This document shows positions 22,946 through 35,070 of a stretch of 64,000 nucleotides of DNA, in pieces (positions within the stretch are counted from its first letter, which is position 1; each line of letters opens with the position of its first letter). The notes below the pieces were generated by a model. The model worked only from the letters and a program-made list of their open reading frames with translations. It was not told where the DNA came from and ran no database searches. Position numbers and translations under genes: made by a program. Location of the stretch: assembly GCF_009914755.1 (NCBI RefSeq), contig NC_060932.1; one strand, written 5' to 3'. Source of the stretch: the human T2T-CHM13v2.0 reference genome, Homo sapiens.

Positions 22946-25223
22946 AAATTACTGTCCTTCATATTTTTGTACTGAATAGAAACTAGCGCTGATGGTCTCT
23001 GAATTGATCTGTGCATTCACTCATCAAACATACCTTGACTAATCACTATACACAATGTTTTGTGCAAGATTTTGCACACCACCTTTAGAAGATCAGAACT
23101 AAAACTCAAAAAAAAAAAACCCACAAAATTCAAGTGGACATAAAAAGTGTCCTAAATATTTGAAGGGGTATGACCAAAAAAGGGTTTAATTTTCATCTTA
23201 GCATATCCAGAGAGAAAAATGAGGCCCAAGTACTAAAAATTACAAGATGAAACATTTTCGTTTTGCATAAAAAAAGACTTCTCCTCCTTAGAGATATTTA
23301 ACAATGAGATAATTAACCTTGAAAGGTATCGAGCTTCCTCTTATTCAAAACAATACAGTTTTACTTTCCTCCATTTCCCTGCCATATGAATGTCCTGGTT
23401 TTCCAAACATACCATGCCATTTCACATCTCTGTGACTCTGTGCATGCTGTTCCTTATGTCTGGAAAGATCGTCTCCCACCACATTGACATTTTCTAGTCA
23501 AGGTTGGAAGTTTTCAAGATCCTTCCCCAATGTTAGTCTATTCTCTGTGGTCCTATAGCAGGTTGTACACCCTCCATGAAAGCATTTCCATTGTTTTAAT
23601 TTTGATAACGAATGCCATTCTCACTTGACTGCTTTGGGGATTAGGACTGTGTCTCTCTCAATTTTGTGTTCTCTTAGGGTCTGGGACTCTACCTGAACAT
23701 AAAATCCCCAATCAATAAGAGCTGAATGATTATTTACTAATTGCTGTATCCTGAAAACATCCCAGAAGAAATGCTCTAACCTATGTTAAACACTTCCATA
23801 GGTGGTCTGTAAGAGCATAGGCTAGCCCTATGCTGAGAAATGCAAAGTTCAAAAACTTCAGGTGTTAACTCATTTAAGTTTATTTCTCATTCATGCTGTG
23901 ACTCAGAAATCAAGCCTGCTTCATTTTGTGACATCATCATCTCAACCAAGACCTCTGACCTCTATAATCTACATGGAACAAAAGAAAACCTGGAAACTCT
24001 TAAAGGTAATTTTCCCTACCCAGTCAGAAGAGACACACTTCATTTCCACTCACACTTCTGGCCAGAAGCAGTTCCATGTCTTCACCTAACTTCAAGGGGA
24101 ACTAGGAAGCGTAGCATTCCATAGGCCCAAAAGGGAGGAAAAAAAATTGAATTTTTCGAACTTATTCATAAGTATTATCTTCGTCACATGGTCATCGGGA
24201 GTTAGTATAAAATATTTTTAGAATGCAATTAATGTTTGCCATGCTACAAAAATAATGTTTCTGACCCATTTAAAAAATCTACTGAATTTTATTCCAATTA
24301 CAATAGTATATCCATATACCTAAATATTACATAGAAATTAAAACTTACATTAGAGAAAAGTCATAAAATATTAATGCAAAATAGTATTAAATAACATGTA
24401 TATCATGTCTTCAATTTGTTAAAAAGGAATATGTGCTTACATGTACATAAAAAAGACAAGAAGCATAGGAACAAATGAGTTAAGTCTGGTTGTTTCCAAA
24501 AGGTGATAATACATATATTTTTTCACTTTCTTCATGTGCTTTTTTAAATTTCCTTTTTCTTCAAGAAAGAACTATTACTTTTGTTATCAGAAAAAATAAA
24601 GTTTTTCTTCCTAATTTACCAAAACAATGTACCTGCTGAGCCAAGAAACTATTAAATCACTCAAGGGTGGAATTACCTTTTAGCGCTTTGTGTTCTGAAT
24701 ACTCCTGAGGATTTGTAAAATCTGCCCAACGAGAGCAGGGCTTTTGCCTTCTCCTAAAAGAATAGGCCTAAAATTAATACCCTGCAGATTTTAGACTTCA
24801 CATGTGAGAAATGCCAACCCTAAATTTAAAAAGAAAACTCACCAGGTTGTAAAAACATAACAAGCACAGGCTGTGCCAGGTGTTGGGTGATGGGGGCAGG
24901 GACCCAGCAGACACACATGCCCTAGCTAGAGAGGGTGTCAAATTCATCCAAGAAATCACCCTGAGGGTCTTCCATGGGGTCAGGAGCTCAGGAGCATTTT
25001 GAGAAAAGGGTAAATAATTCAGAAGAAGGGGGGAGAGAAGTAGGAAGGGAGAAGAGGGAGGGAGTCTAAGGTAGAATGGCAAGACAGAATGAGTGACAGA
25101 ATGTGGGGAAAGAAGGTGAAGGAAAGGGTGAAAAAAGAGAGAGGGGAACAAGAGGGAGGAGGAAGAGATGAATAGTTTTGGTTTTTCATACTCAAATAAA
25201 ATATTCTCAAGGTTACAAAGGTG

Positions 25224-26517
25224 TTTGTCAAACCTGACAAAAGCCAGCAACCGGGAAAGGATTCCCTATTTAATAAATGATGCTGGGAAAACTGGCTAGC
25301 CATAGGCAGAAAACTGAAACTGGACCCCTTCCTTACATCTTATACAAAAATTAACTAAAGATGGATTACAGACTTAAATGTAAGACCTAAAACCATAAAA
25401 ACCTGAGAAGAAAACCTAGGCAGTACCATTCAGGACATAGGCATAGGCAGAGACTTCATGACTAAAACACCAAAAGCAATGGCAACAAAAGCCAAAATTG
25501 ACAAATGGGATCTAATTAAACTAAAGAGCTTCTGCACAGCAAAAGAAACTATTGTCAGACTGAACAGGCAACCTACACAATGGGAGAAAATCTTTGCAAT
25601 CTACCCATCTGACAGAGGACTAATATCCAGAATCTAAAAGGAACTTAAACAAATTTACAAGAAAAAAACAAATAACCCCATCAAAAAGTGAGCAAAGGAT
25701 ATGAACAGACACTTCTCAAAAGAAGACAGTTATGTGGCCAACAAACATATGAAAAAAAGCTCATCATCACTGGTCATTAGAGAAATGCAAATCAAAACCA
25801 CAATGAGATACCACTCACTCCAGTTAGAATGGCTATCATTAAAAAAGTCAGGAAACAACAGATGCTGGAGAGGTTGTGAAGAAATAGGAATGCTTTTACA
25901 CTGTTGGTAGGAGTGTAAATTAGTTGAACCATTGTGGAAGACAGTGTGGTGATTCCTCAAGGACCTAGAACCAGAAATACCATTTGGCCCAGCAGTCCCA
26001 TTACTGGTTATATACCCAAAGGATTATAAATCATTCTACTGTAAAGACACCTGCACACGTATGTTTATTGCAGCACTATTCACAATAGCAGAGACTTGGA
26101 AACAACCCAAATGCCCATCAATGATAGACTGGATAAAGAAAATGTGGCACATATACACCATGGAATACTATACACCCAAAAAAAAAGATGAGTTCATGTC
26201 CTTTGCAGGGACATGGATGAAGCTGAAAACCATCATTCTCAGCAAACTAACACAGGAACAGAAAACCAAACACCGCATGTTGTCACTCATAAGTGGGAGT
26301 TAAACTATGAGAACACATGGACACAGGGAGAGGAACATCACACACTAGGGCATCTCGAGGGGTGGGGGACTAGAGGAGGGATAACATTAGGAGAAATACC
26401 TAATGTAGATGACGGGATGATGGATGCAGGAAACCACCATGGCAGGTGTATACCTATGTAACAAACCTGCACATTCTGCACATGTATCCCAAACTTAAAG
26501 TATAATGATAAAAAAAA
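25224..26517 (+). mobile_element. L1PA7-like 5'-truncated LINE-1 (~1.3 kb)
   Basis: ORF2 C-terminal fragments (MNRHFSKED.., NNRCWRGC..HCW, KCPSMIDWIKKMWHIYTMEYY), 3'UTR and short A-tail. Confidence 0.95.
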
Positions 26518-26711
26518 GAATAGAATCTTTTTATTTTCTAGCTATTTTTGGCTATTTGTTAGCATGTTCTTGATATAAATGGATTCAATTTTATTCACTT
26601 TTCATATTTATACCTTCGTTTTATGTTGTTTCAATTGATTTTCTTTGGTTTCCCAATAAATTATATTTTAAGTAAAAAATAAAAATAAAAAAAAGAAAAC
26701 AAGAAAAAGAA

Positions 26712-26928
26712 AAAAAGAGACCTCAGAGAGCTGCCTTGCCTCTTCCACCCTGTGAGGCCACAGCAAGAAGGTACCATCTACCAGGAAGTAGGCCCTCACC
26801 AGACTTCAAATTTGCCAATGTCTTGATCTTGGACTTCCAGTCTTCAGAACTGTGGCAAATAAATTTCTGTTGTCTATAAGTCACCTAGTTTGTGGCATTT
26901 TGTTATAGCGGCCCAAAAGGATTAAGAC
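26712..26928 (+). mobile_element. MLT1A-type LTR, 3' half only
   Basis: AAAAGAGACCTCAGAGAGCTGCCTTGCC..GGCCCTCACCAGAC..TTGATCTTGGACTTCCAG..AATAAATTTCTGTTG..GATTAAGAC; the 5' ~150 bp is not found nearby. Confidence 0.8.
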
Positions 26929-27818
26929 TGAAGGGGAGAAAGGGAGGAAGGGACAGAGGGAGGAAGATCAGTAATTATTACTATAGGCATTCCTATTACT
27001 TTTTATTTCCCTCGGATAGATAATGCTAGTCTAGTCAAGGTGCTATCCATACCTGAAACAACCTGATTAATAGCACCATTACCTGGATATGCTGTAAGCC
27101 AAAGAGCTAAGTCAAAGTAGTGACATGCTGCTAAATTGAAACACTTCTTCATTGTTATAAAGTTAGTTCTTCATGACTTCTTGCCTCCTGCCACCCCTGT
27201 AGTATCCAGCTGATACACACCTTCTAGTGCTAGAAGAAAAGGCTCACTTTGCAAACTTTTGCTCTGAGTGTGTGATTGTCCAACACAAGCTTCCCAGGGG
27301 CTCTAGCAAATGATCACATTTCTCAGAAGATTCCTCAATCCTTGTAAACCACCCTCTTCTCATGGGGCCTTGCAGGAGCTCTGTTAAAGTCTGGTTCACT
27401 GAGTGAGGATTAGAATGTGGAATTATGCATTTCTTCACTTTGGTTCCTCTTTGACATAATCTCGCCAAATACTTAGGGTTGTATAACTTCCATTAGTCAT
27501 CCTTTAATTTTTTTCTTCTGAATTCTAGTCCCAAATATTGTTCCATTAACTCTCTCTAATTTAACTTTCATGAATGTGCTTCATACAATTTGTCTTATTC
27601 TTGGTGAAATAATCTTTCACACATTTCTTTAGCAATATAGTTTAACAACATTTTAACACCATTATAGGTATATAAACACGGTCTATTTTAAGCAGTGTTA
27701 AAATACCATGTACAATTTATTTAAAGAGTATTATTTTATGAGCCAATAAATGTTTTTAGGCCCATGGCCACAAACCCGACAGTTAAAATGATTAGAATTG
27801 AGTTTCTAATTTAAGAAC

Positions 27819-28140
27819 GTGTCAGTTTGACCCTCCAAGAAGCAAGGATGAGACAGAGTTAGGAGTGCAAGAAGTTTTCTGATGTTAATATTCATAAAAG
27901 AGTAAAGGGGTGGGGAAGACAGAATTGGGCAAGAAAAACATAAGATTCACGATGTAGATCTGAGAAAGTTTCAGCCAACTAGAAAAGACATTTCAGAACA
28001 AAGATTTTCCATTCCAGGAGGCCCTAGTACCCCTGCTTTGCTAGGTTATTCGCTGGAGCTGCCTGAGAAGAATGTAGACTAGACTCCAGAGCTGAGGCAG
28101 ATCCTAATCAGGTTGACAGCTGGTGAGCATCTACATGCCA
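27819..28140 (-). mobile_element. LTR16-like ERVL LTR (old)
   Basis: CCAAGAAGCAAGGATGAGACAGAGTTAGGAGTGCAAG..GAAAGTTTCAGCCAAC..AGAGCTGAGGCAGATCCT resembles recalled antisense LTR16. Confidence 0.5.
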
Positions 28141-28626
28141 AGGAGAATACAAAGGTACATGTGTGTTTAAAGTATAATTTTAATACAATTAATTTATTAG
28201 GATTTTAAAACTATTTTTATAGTCCTAATAAGCCCTTTCTTATGTTGCCCTGATATGAAAACTTTGTACGTAAAATCCACTCTAATCAACCTCAGGGCTC
28301 ACCTAGGAAACACAGTAACCTCAAATCACAGAAGAGAGAAAAAAAGAAAAACCCACCTGAAGTGGTTTTTATTGGATCAAGGTTTTCCTGACCTGAGGCT
28401 TGATCTCCAAAGAGTGGGTCACCTCCATCAGGCAGACCCAGATCCAGATAACAGGTGGCTTCCTGAGAGCAATCAAAGTTTCTTCCCTGGCCAGTGCACC
28501 ATTCTCAAGATGTTTCTTTAGAGACTTTATACAACCTGCACCTTATCATATTTGCCTTTTTTTCTGATCAAAGAGTATCTAGTGGGTTTAATGGTTGCCC
28601 CCAAAATGAAATGTCCATGCCCCAGA

Positions 28627-28772
28627 AGCCTCCAGAAAATAGAAGAATTTTTGTTCTCCCTTGATAGTGCAATCAGTCAGTGAGTCATTGAGTCGATATT
28701 CATTGAGTATTTATTTAGCACTCCATTCGATATTAATTGAAAAGAATAAACTTACTCTTGGCATAACTTGGG
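28627..28772 (+). repeat. 146-bp local duplicate (acceptor copy inside MLT1C) of 30366-30511
   Basis: Ungapped hand alignment to 30366-30511: 130/146 identical. Confidence 0.92.
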
Positions 28773-28964
28773 AGTGTGACCTTATATGGAAAAAGAACCT
28801 TTGAAATGAAATTAAGCATCTTGAAATGAGATTATCCTGGATTATCCGGGTGGTCCCTAAATCCACCAAGATATGCATCCTTATAAGAGCTAAAAGAGGA
28901 GAAGACAGAGAGGAGAAGGCCACATAAAGACAGAAGCAGAAATCAGAATTATGCTGTCACAAGC

Positions 28965-29335
28965 TGTGCCAGGCCATTCCTGCATTGCTGTAAAGAAATA
29001 CCTGAGAATGGTTAGCTTAAAAGATAGTAGGTTTAATTGGCTTACAATGCTGCAGACTGTCCAGGAAGCATGGCGCCAGCATCTGCTCAGTTTCTGGTGA
29101 GGTCTCAGGGAGCTTTTACTCATGGCAGAAGGCAAAAGGGGAAACAGGTGTCTCACACAGCAGGAAAAGGAGCAAGAGGTGTGGTGAGGAGGTGCCACAA
29201 TTTTAAACAGATCTCGTGAGAACTCACCAACAGCACCAAGCCATGAAGGGTCCACCCTCATGACCCAAATACCTCCCAACAGTCCTCACCTTCAACAATG
29301 GGGATTTGTCAGGGACATAGATTCAAATTACATCT
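28965..29335 (-). mobile_element. MST (MSTA/B-like) MaLR LTR nested in MLT1C
   Basis: CATTGCTGTAAAGAAATACCTGAGA..CCAGCATCTGCTCAGTTTCTGGTGAGG..CATGACCCAAATACCTCCC; perfect 5-bp TSD CAAGC at 28960-28964 and 29336-29340. Confidence 0.9.
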
Positions 29336-30365
29336 CAAGCCAAGGAACTCCCGGAGCCACAAAAAGCCAACAGAGGATTCTCTCCTAGAGCCGTCAGAGG
29401 GAGGATGGCTTGCTGACACCTTGATTTTCAACTTCTAGCCTCCAGAACCATGAGAGAACAAATTTCTGTTGTTTTAAGCCACCCAGATGATAATTTGTTA
29501 TGGCAGTCACAAGAAACTAATGCAGATCTGGCAGAAAACAGGTTAGCAGATAAAGTCTTGTACCAGAGTTAGAAAAATAGACCTTGTCAGCTCCTCATTA
29601 AAGCTCCAAAGGGTGTTTCAATGCTTCTTGCCTCTGAGTCTGGCACCTGGGATTTGGCAGGGAGCATATGTCTCATGGTCCCATGAATGGACACAGTTAC
29701 TCTGAGTCAAAGCACCAGTCTATGGTTTCTATCAGTGTGAAGTCTAAAAATTAGGCAGTAAGAAATGTCTGCTACCTCTCTGCCTGGGGAATAAGGGTCT
29801 TCTAGCAAGCAGGAGGTGCAGAGAGTAATATCACACGGGTCTCTGAAGTTCTCCAAGAAGGTACAATAAAGGTCTAGCTTTGGAACGAGCAGTCAAATGG
29901 ACAGTTGTATTAAGGGAAACTAGGCTTTTTCCCTGGAATGTTAGAAAAATAAATCCCTTAGCAAGAGCCTCAGAAAAGCTTATTACTTTCATAAAATATT
30001 TTTCTTTCCTTTACAATGCTTAGTGAAGATTAAAAACAGAAGACAAATTGTACTCCGTTGCTTGTTTTTATGTGTGTGAACAAAAAAATCCTGTAAAGAT
30101 TCAATTAAAAAAAATCAATAATGTTTCCGGAAGAATTGTATGATCTGAAGTTTCCCAGTATAGAACCATAGTTTGAAGGAAGGAGAAGCAACACAGAAGG
30201 CTTGCAGAATTATTAATTAAAGAAATTGGCTAAAGTGGGATCATATTTCCCTGTAATGGCTCTGAATCATCAAATCTGGGGGTTGGAGAAGGGACACTAA
30301 GATCACTCTGTCATCTCCTAGCTCAAACACTAAACTAGAAAAATCCTTATCTGTTATTTTCCACG

Positions 30366-30511
30366 AGCCTTCAGAAAATAAAAGAATTTTCGTTCTCCCT
30401 TGATAGTGCAGCCACTCAGTGAGTCACTGAGTCAATATTCATTGAGCATTTATTTAGCACCCAGTTCGATATTAATTTAAAAGAATTAACTTGTTCTTGG
30501 CATAACTTGGG
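30366..30511 (+). repeat. 146-bp local duplicate (putative donor copy)
   Basis: 89% identical to 28627-28772; contains TGAGTCACTGAGTCA (two AP-1 heptamers). Confidence 0.92.
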
Positions 30512-31659
30512 CAGTCAGAAAAGAGGAGGCCTTCTGGGACTTTAGCCTAGCAGGTTCTCAGGCTTTGATCCTTGTTGTTCCCATCACTTATAGTTTTATT
30601 AGCCTCCATTCCTTCATCACTAACATGAGGATAAAATACTGCCTACTCCACATGATTGATGAGAGGATTACAAAAAAAGAATATGGGCCTTAAAGTCAGA
30701 CAGGCTTGACCAAGATTTAGATCCTAGCTTTTCCCTTTTATTGGCTTTCTGATATTGTAAGTCTCTTAATACCTCTCGGATCAGTTTCCTCATCTAGAAA
30801 ATGAATGAGCGAAATATCATAAAAGGTTGTTGTGGAAATCAGAGCTAATTTACACAATTTGGTGGGTACATGTCTAATAAATGAGTTACTGCTATTGTTG
30901 AAAGTACTTCATCAACTGTCAAGTACTGTATAAATTTTGGAAATCCCTGACTCCATCCAAAGCCTCTGTTGTAGTCCCCACGTAATTGGTGTATTGGACT
31001 GCCCCAACTTGGGCATAGACATGAAAGGGTTTTCTTTTTCTCTCATTGCTTCTTCTTCCCCCATTCACTGCTGTCACCACCAATGGAGCATCTCTAAGCC
31101 TCTTGCTGCACGTGTCCTCTTGCCTGACTGCTCAAGCCTGAGATGGGGCAGCTCCAGCCCAGTTATGATGTGACAAAAATTCACACATCTTTGTTGGCTA
31201 AACAGTGGAAGGATAAGGCTACTGCACCACCAACCCTCTGCTTGGCAGTTCTTTCCTGCTCTCTTTCCCCCTGCCTGGGTAGGCTTGTGCCAGATCCACA
31301 GATCCAGTGTCTAAGCAGACATCCAATTAGAGCACACTCTTCCTCTCTTGCCACTGCCTTTGCTTCAACAAGGATTCTCTGGAGTCCCATATCCCTTAGA
31401 TTGGGACAAGGTAGTAGAGTGTAAGCATTCTAATCCCTTCTCCCCTGTTGGCATAGAGGCAGTACTTGTTTCACCTTCAATACACTTCTCCTAAAGATCC
31501 CAAAGACTCCTTCCTCTTGTAACCATCTTTATTTGTAAAGAGGGAAGATGACGGGGTTGCAAGGACAATGACTAGCATGGCAAATCCAGCTAAATTATTT
31601 CTTAATAAGCCTAAGAGGGATATCTGGACCCAATTTCTGTTGGCTCCTTTGTGTGCTGC

Positions 31660-31684
31660 TTTTTTTTTTTTTTTTTTTTTTTTT
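31660..31684. repeat. Poly(T)25 homopolymer
   Basis: Read directly; no adjoining Alu or L1 body. Confidence 0.95.
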
Positions 31685-31842
31685 GGTGGTTGTTCTCAGA
31701 TTTGGGTCTTGGATGCCAATCCACCCAGCATCCTATGATACTTGACTCACTATAATTACTCTCAAGAGATGTCAGATCTGTTGAATGGACCATGGAGCCT
31801 ATACACTGTGGCAACATCAATAGTCTGTTTCTTTTGTTATTC

Positions 31843-33226
31843 TTTTCCTTCCAACTTTTAGTTTAGGTTCAGGAGGTACATGTGCAGGTTTATTACATAG
31901 GTAGGTTGCATGTCTCTGGGGTTTGGTGTAAAAATCATTTCATCCCCTAGGTAATTAGCACAGTATCTGAAAGGTAGGTTTCTGCTCCTCACCCTTCTCC
32001 CAACCTCCACCCTCAAGTAAACCCTGATGTCTATTGTTTCCCTCTTTGTGTCCCCATGTACTCAATGTTTAGCTCCCACTTATAAGTGAGAACATGTTTC
32101 TGTTCCTCCTTTAATCCACTTGTGATAATGACTGTCAGCTGCATCCATGTTGTTGCAAAGGACATGACTTTTTTTCCTGATTATGGCTGCATAGTATTCC
32201 ATGGTGTATATGTACCACATTTTCTTTATCCAGTCCACTGCTGATGGGCATCTAGTTGATTCCATGTCTTTGATATTGTGAAAAGAACTGTGATGAACAT
32301 AACGTGTACATGTGTCTTCATAGCAGAACAATTTCTATTCCTCTGGGTATATACCCAGTAATGGGATTGCTGCGTTGAATGGTAGTTCTGCTTTAAGTTC
32401 TTTGAGAAATCTCCAAACTGCTTTCCATAGTGGCCAAACTAACAACTCCCATCAGTAGTGTATAAGATTTCCCTTTTCTCCGCAACCTCACCAACGTCTG
32501 TTATTTTTTTACTTTTTCATTAGCCATTCTAACTGGTGTGAAACGGTATTTCACTGGGGTTTTGATTTGCATTTCTCTAATGATTAGTGATGTCGAGCAT
32601 GTTTTCATATGATTGTTGGCCATGTGTATGTCTTCTTTTAAAAAGCATCTGTTCATGTCCTTTGCCTGTTTTTACTGGAGTTGTTTGTTTTTTGCTTGTG
32701 AATTTGTTTAAGCTCTTTATAGACCTTTGTTGGATGCACAGTTTGCAAATATTTTCTCCCATTCTGTAGGTTGTCTGTTTACTCCATTGGTAGTTTATTT
32801 TGATGTAACAAAGCTCTGTAGCTTAATTAGGTCTCCCTTGTCTATTTTTGTTTTTGTTGCAATTGTTTTTGGAGTCTTTGTCATGAAATCTTTTCCAAGG
32901 CCTACGTTCAGAATGGTATTTCCTAGGTTTTCATCTAGGGTTTTCATAGTTTTAGGTTTTAAATTTAAGTTTTTAATCCATGTTGAGTAGATTTTTGTGT
33001 ATGGTAAAAGGAAAGGGTCCAGTTTCAATCTCCTGAATATGGCTGGCCGGTTATCCCTGCACCATTTATTGAAGAGGGAGTCCTTCCCATTGCTTGTTAT
33101 TGTCAACTATCAAAAAACAGATGGTTGTAGGTGTGTGGCTTTATTTCTGGGTTCTCTAACCTGTTCCACTGGTCTATATGTCTGTTTTTGTGCCAGTACC
33201 ATGTTGTTTTGGTTACTGTAGGCTTG
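31843..33226 (-). mobile_element. L1PA (older, ~PA13-16-like) 3' portion
   Basis: Antisense 3'UTR (CAACTTTTAGTTTAGGTTCAGGAGGTACATGTGCAGG) and ORF2 fragments ([34 protein letters not shown]; WIKKMWYIYTMEYYAA). Confidence 0.93.
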
Positions 33227-34464
33227 AGGGATAAACATGAAGGGGAATTTATCCAAGCGTCCTTAGATAGACATTCTATTTTTTTTTTAACAGGGCCAGA
33301 ATTATAAAGTCAAAAAATAATACACTCAGGGCTAACATACATTTAGCTCCAAATCCACAAAGACACTCAGATTCTTTCCCATCATCTACTTTATCTTTGA
33401 TCAGCTTCTCTAATTCTGGCTTGAGAAGCCAATTACTGTTAGTCAATAGACTACATGCTTTATCAAATATTAGCTCATTTTTTCTTCACAATTATTCTGT
33501 GGAGTAGCCATTGTTATTGTTTCCTTCTTATGAATTAAAAAAACAGAGCCTCTGAAAAATTAGAAACCTAAGAGGTCACAAAACTTATGTGTGAAACAGA
33601 GCCTTTTCTGATTCCATCATTTATACTCCTTTCACTTAATGATAATATGACTACCTTAATTATACTTCCACATTATTCTCAAAATTTGCTTTCTTGAGAC
33701 AACAAAATATAGGACAAGAGGCTAAGAATGGTCTTGGGTGGATTTTACTGCTAATACAGATTCTACTACCTACCAGCTCAGCCATGGAAAGCCACTGATC
33801 TCTCTGAAGCAGTTCCTTCATTTAAAAATGAATCAGGGGGATGTCTATGTTGAGAGTGGTAAATACTAAATAAAATAACACCTATGAAAAGTGCTCCATG
33901 TGAAAGCATTTTAACTTTATTGCATCGGGATATTGAGTCCTAGATAGGAGGTTTTTCCACTCTCAGGTTTCAAATAAATTAACCCATGATTTCTTTTAAT
34001 ACTAAAATGGGCTCATTATGTACATTCAGATACCTGATTCACTTGGAATGTATGGTATGGAATATGGATCTCCCTTTAGCTTTGTTTAAATGTCTATTCA
34101 TTTCAAATCTTTTTAATTAAATTTTTTTTAATTCAAAAGAATGTATTAAAAACCCCTCCTGAAAAAAAGAAAAAAAGAAAACTGCTGTGTAAACAGCAAA
34201 GCAATTTTTGAAAGTTAGCTACTATTTTCATTGTCACTGCAGTGTCTCTCTAGTTTCTTCACCTTGCTCTCCCCACGTCGTATCTGGCTTTAGAGCTCTT
34301 GGATCCCTCCCCAGTCCTGGTCACTAACTGTTTGTATGTCTGTGCCTCTGACTAAACTGAAGGTTTTTTGAGGGTAGACACTTCATTCATTTTTTCTCCC
34401 ACAGTTCCTGGAGTACCATCACACACAGAGTACGCACACAACAAATGTGCAATAAATTAACCAA

Positions 34465-35070
34465 AGAATGACTTCTCTCATACACTGCTCTTGGAACTGT
34501 AAAGTACACACCTATTTTGGAAAACAGTTTAGCAGGATTTACTGACATTAAATATACATGTATCCAATAACAAAGCAATTCCATTTCTAGGTGCACATGC
34601 AACAGAAATGCTTCCATATGTGCAGAAAAAAAAAAAGCTCTGTCAGTACTACTTACAATAGCCAAAAACTAAATGTGAATCAAATATCTATGTATAGTTG
34701 AAGAGGTAAATAAAATGCAGTATATTTACATAATGGAATCTTATACATCAGTGACAATACGTTAACTATAAATACATGCAACAATATGGATAAATCTCAC
34801 AAATGTAATGTTGAGCAAAAGAAACCAGTCACAAAAGAAAAAATATTGTACACTTTCATTTGTATAAAGTTTATAAACAGGTAAAATCAACCTATGTTGT
34901 TAGAAGCCGGGATGGTACTTATCTTTGGGGGGAATTAGGAAGGTGCTATATGGAGTTTTTGGGTACCAATCATGTTCTGTTTCTTCATCTAGGTGCTGTT
35001 TACATAGATCTATTCAACCTGTGAAAACTTACTGAGTTTTGCAGTTTTCTACATGTATGTTTTGTATCAA
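34465..35070 (+). mobile_element. L1ME/MC-like 3' remnant
   Basis: CTCTCATACACTGCT..TTTTGGAAAACAGTTT..GCAACAATATGGATAAATCTCACAAATGTAATGTTGAGCAAAAGAAACCAG. Confidence 0.7.

Larger units (their letters stand above)
28578..29524 (+). mobile_element. MLT1C-like MaLR LTR, interrupted twice
   Basis: AGTGGGTTTAATGGTTGCCCCCAAAATGAAATGTCCA; GTGTGACCTTATATGGAAAAAG; GATTATCCTGGATTATCCGGGTGG; GACACCTTGATTTTCAACTTCTAGCCTCCAGAAC; AAACTAATGCA end. Confidence 0.85.

Noticed and set aside
23780-24190. Possible old MLT1K/L-type LTR remnants (also ~4800-5450, 12400-13070, 38410-38825, 40050-40560, 56730-56960)
   Set aside because: Similarity is suggestive but too decayed for me to assign family or boundaries without a profile search.
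24798-25250. 150-aa minus-strand ORF
   Set aside because: Arises from a low-complexity GA-rich tract (25020-25170), giving Leu/Pro/Ser/Phe-rich text with no recognisable domain.
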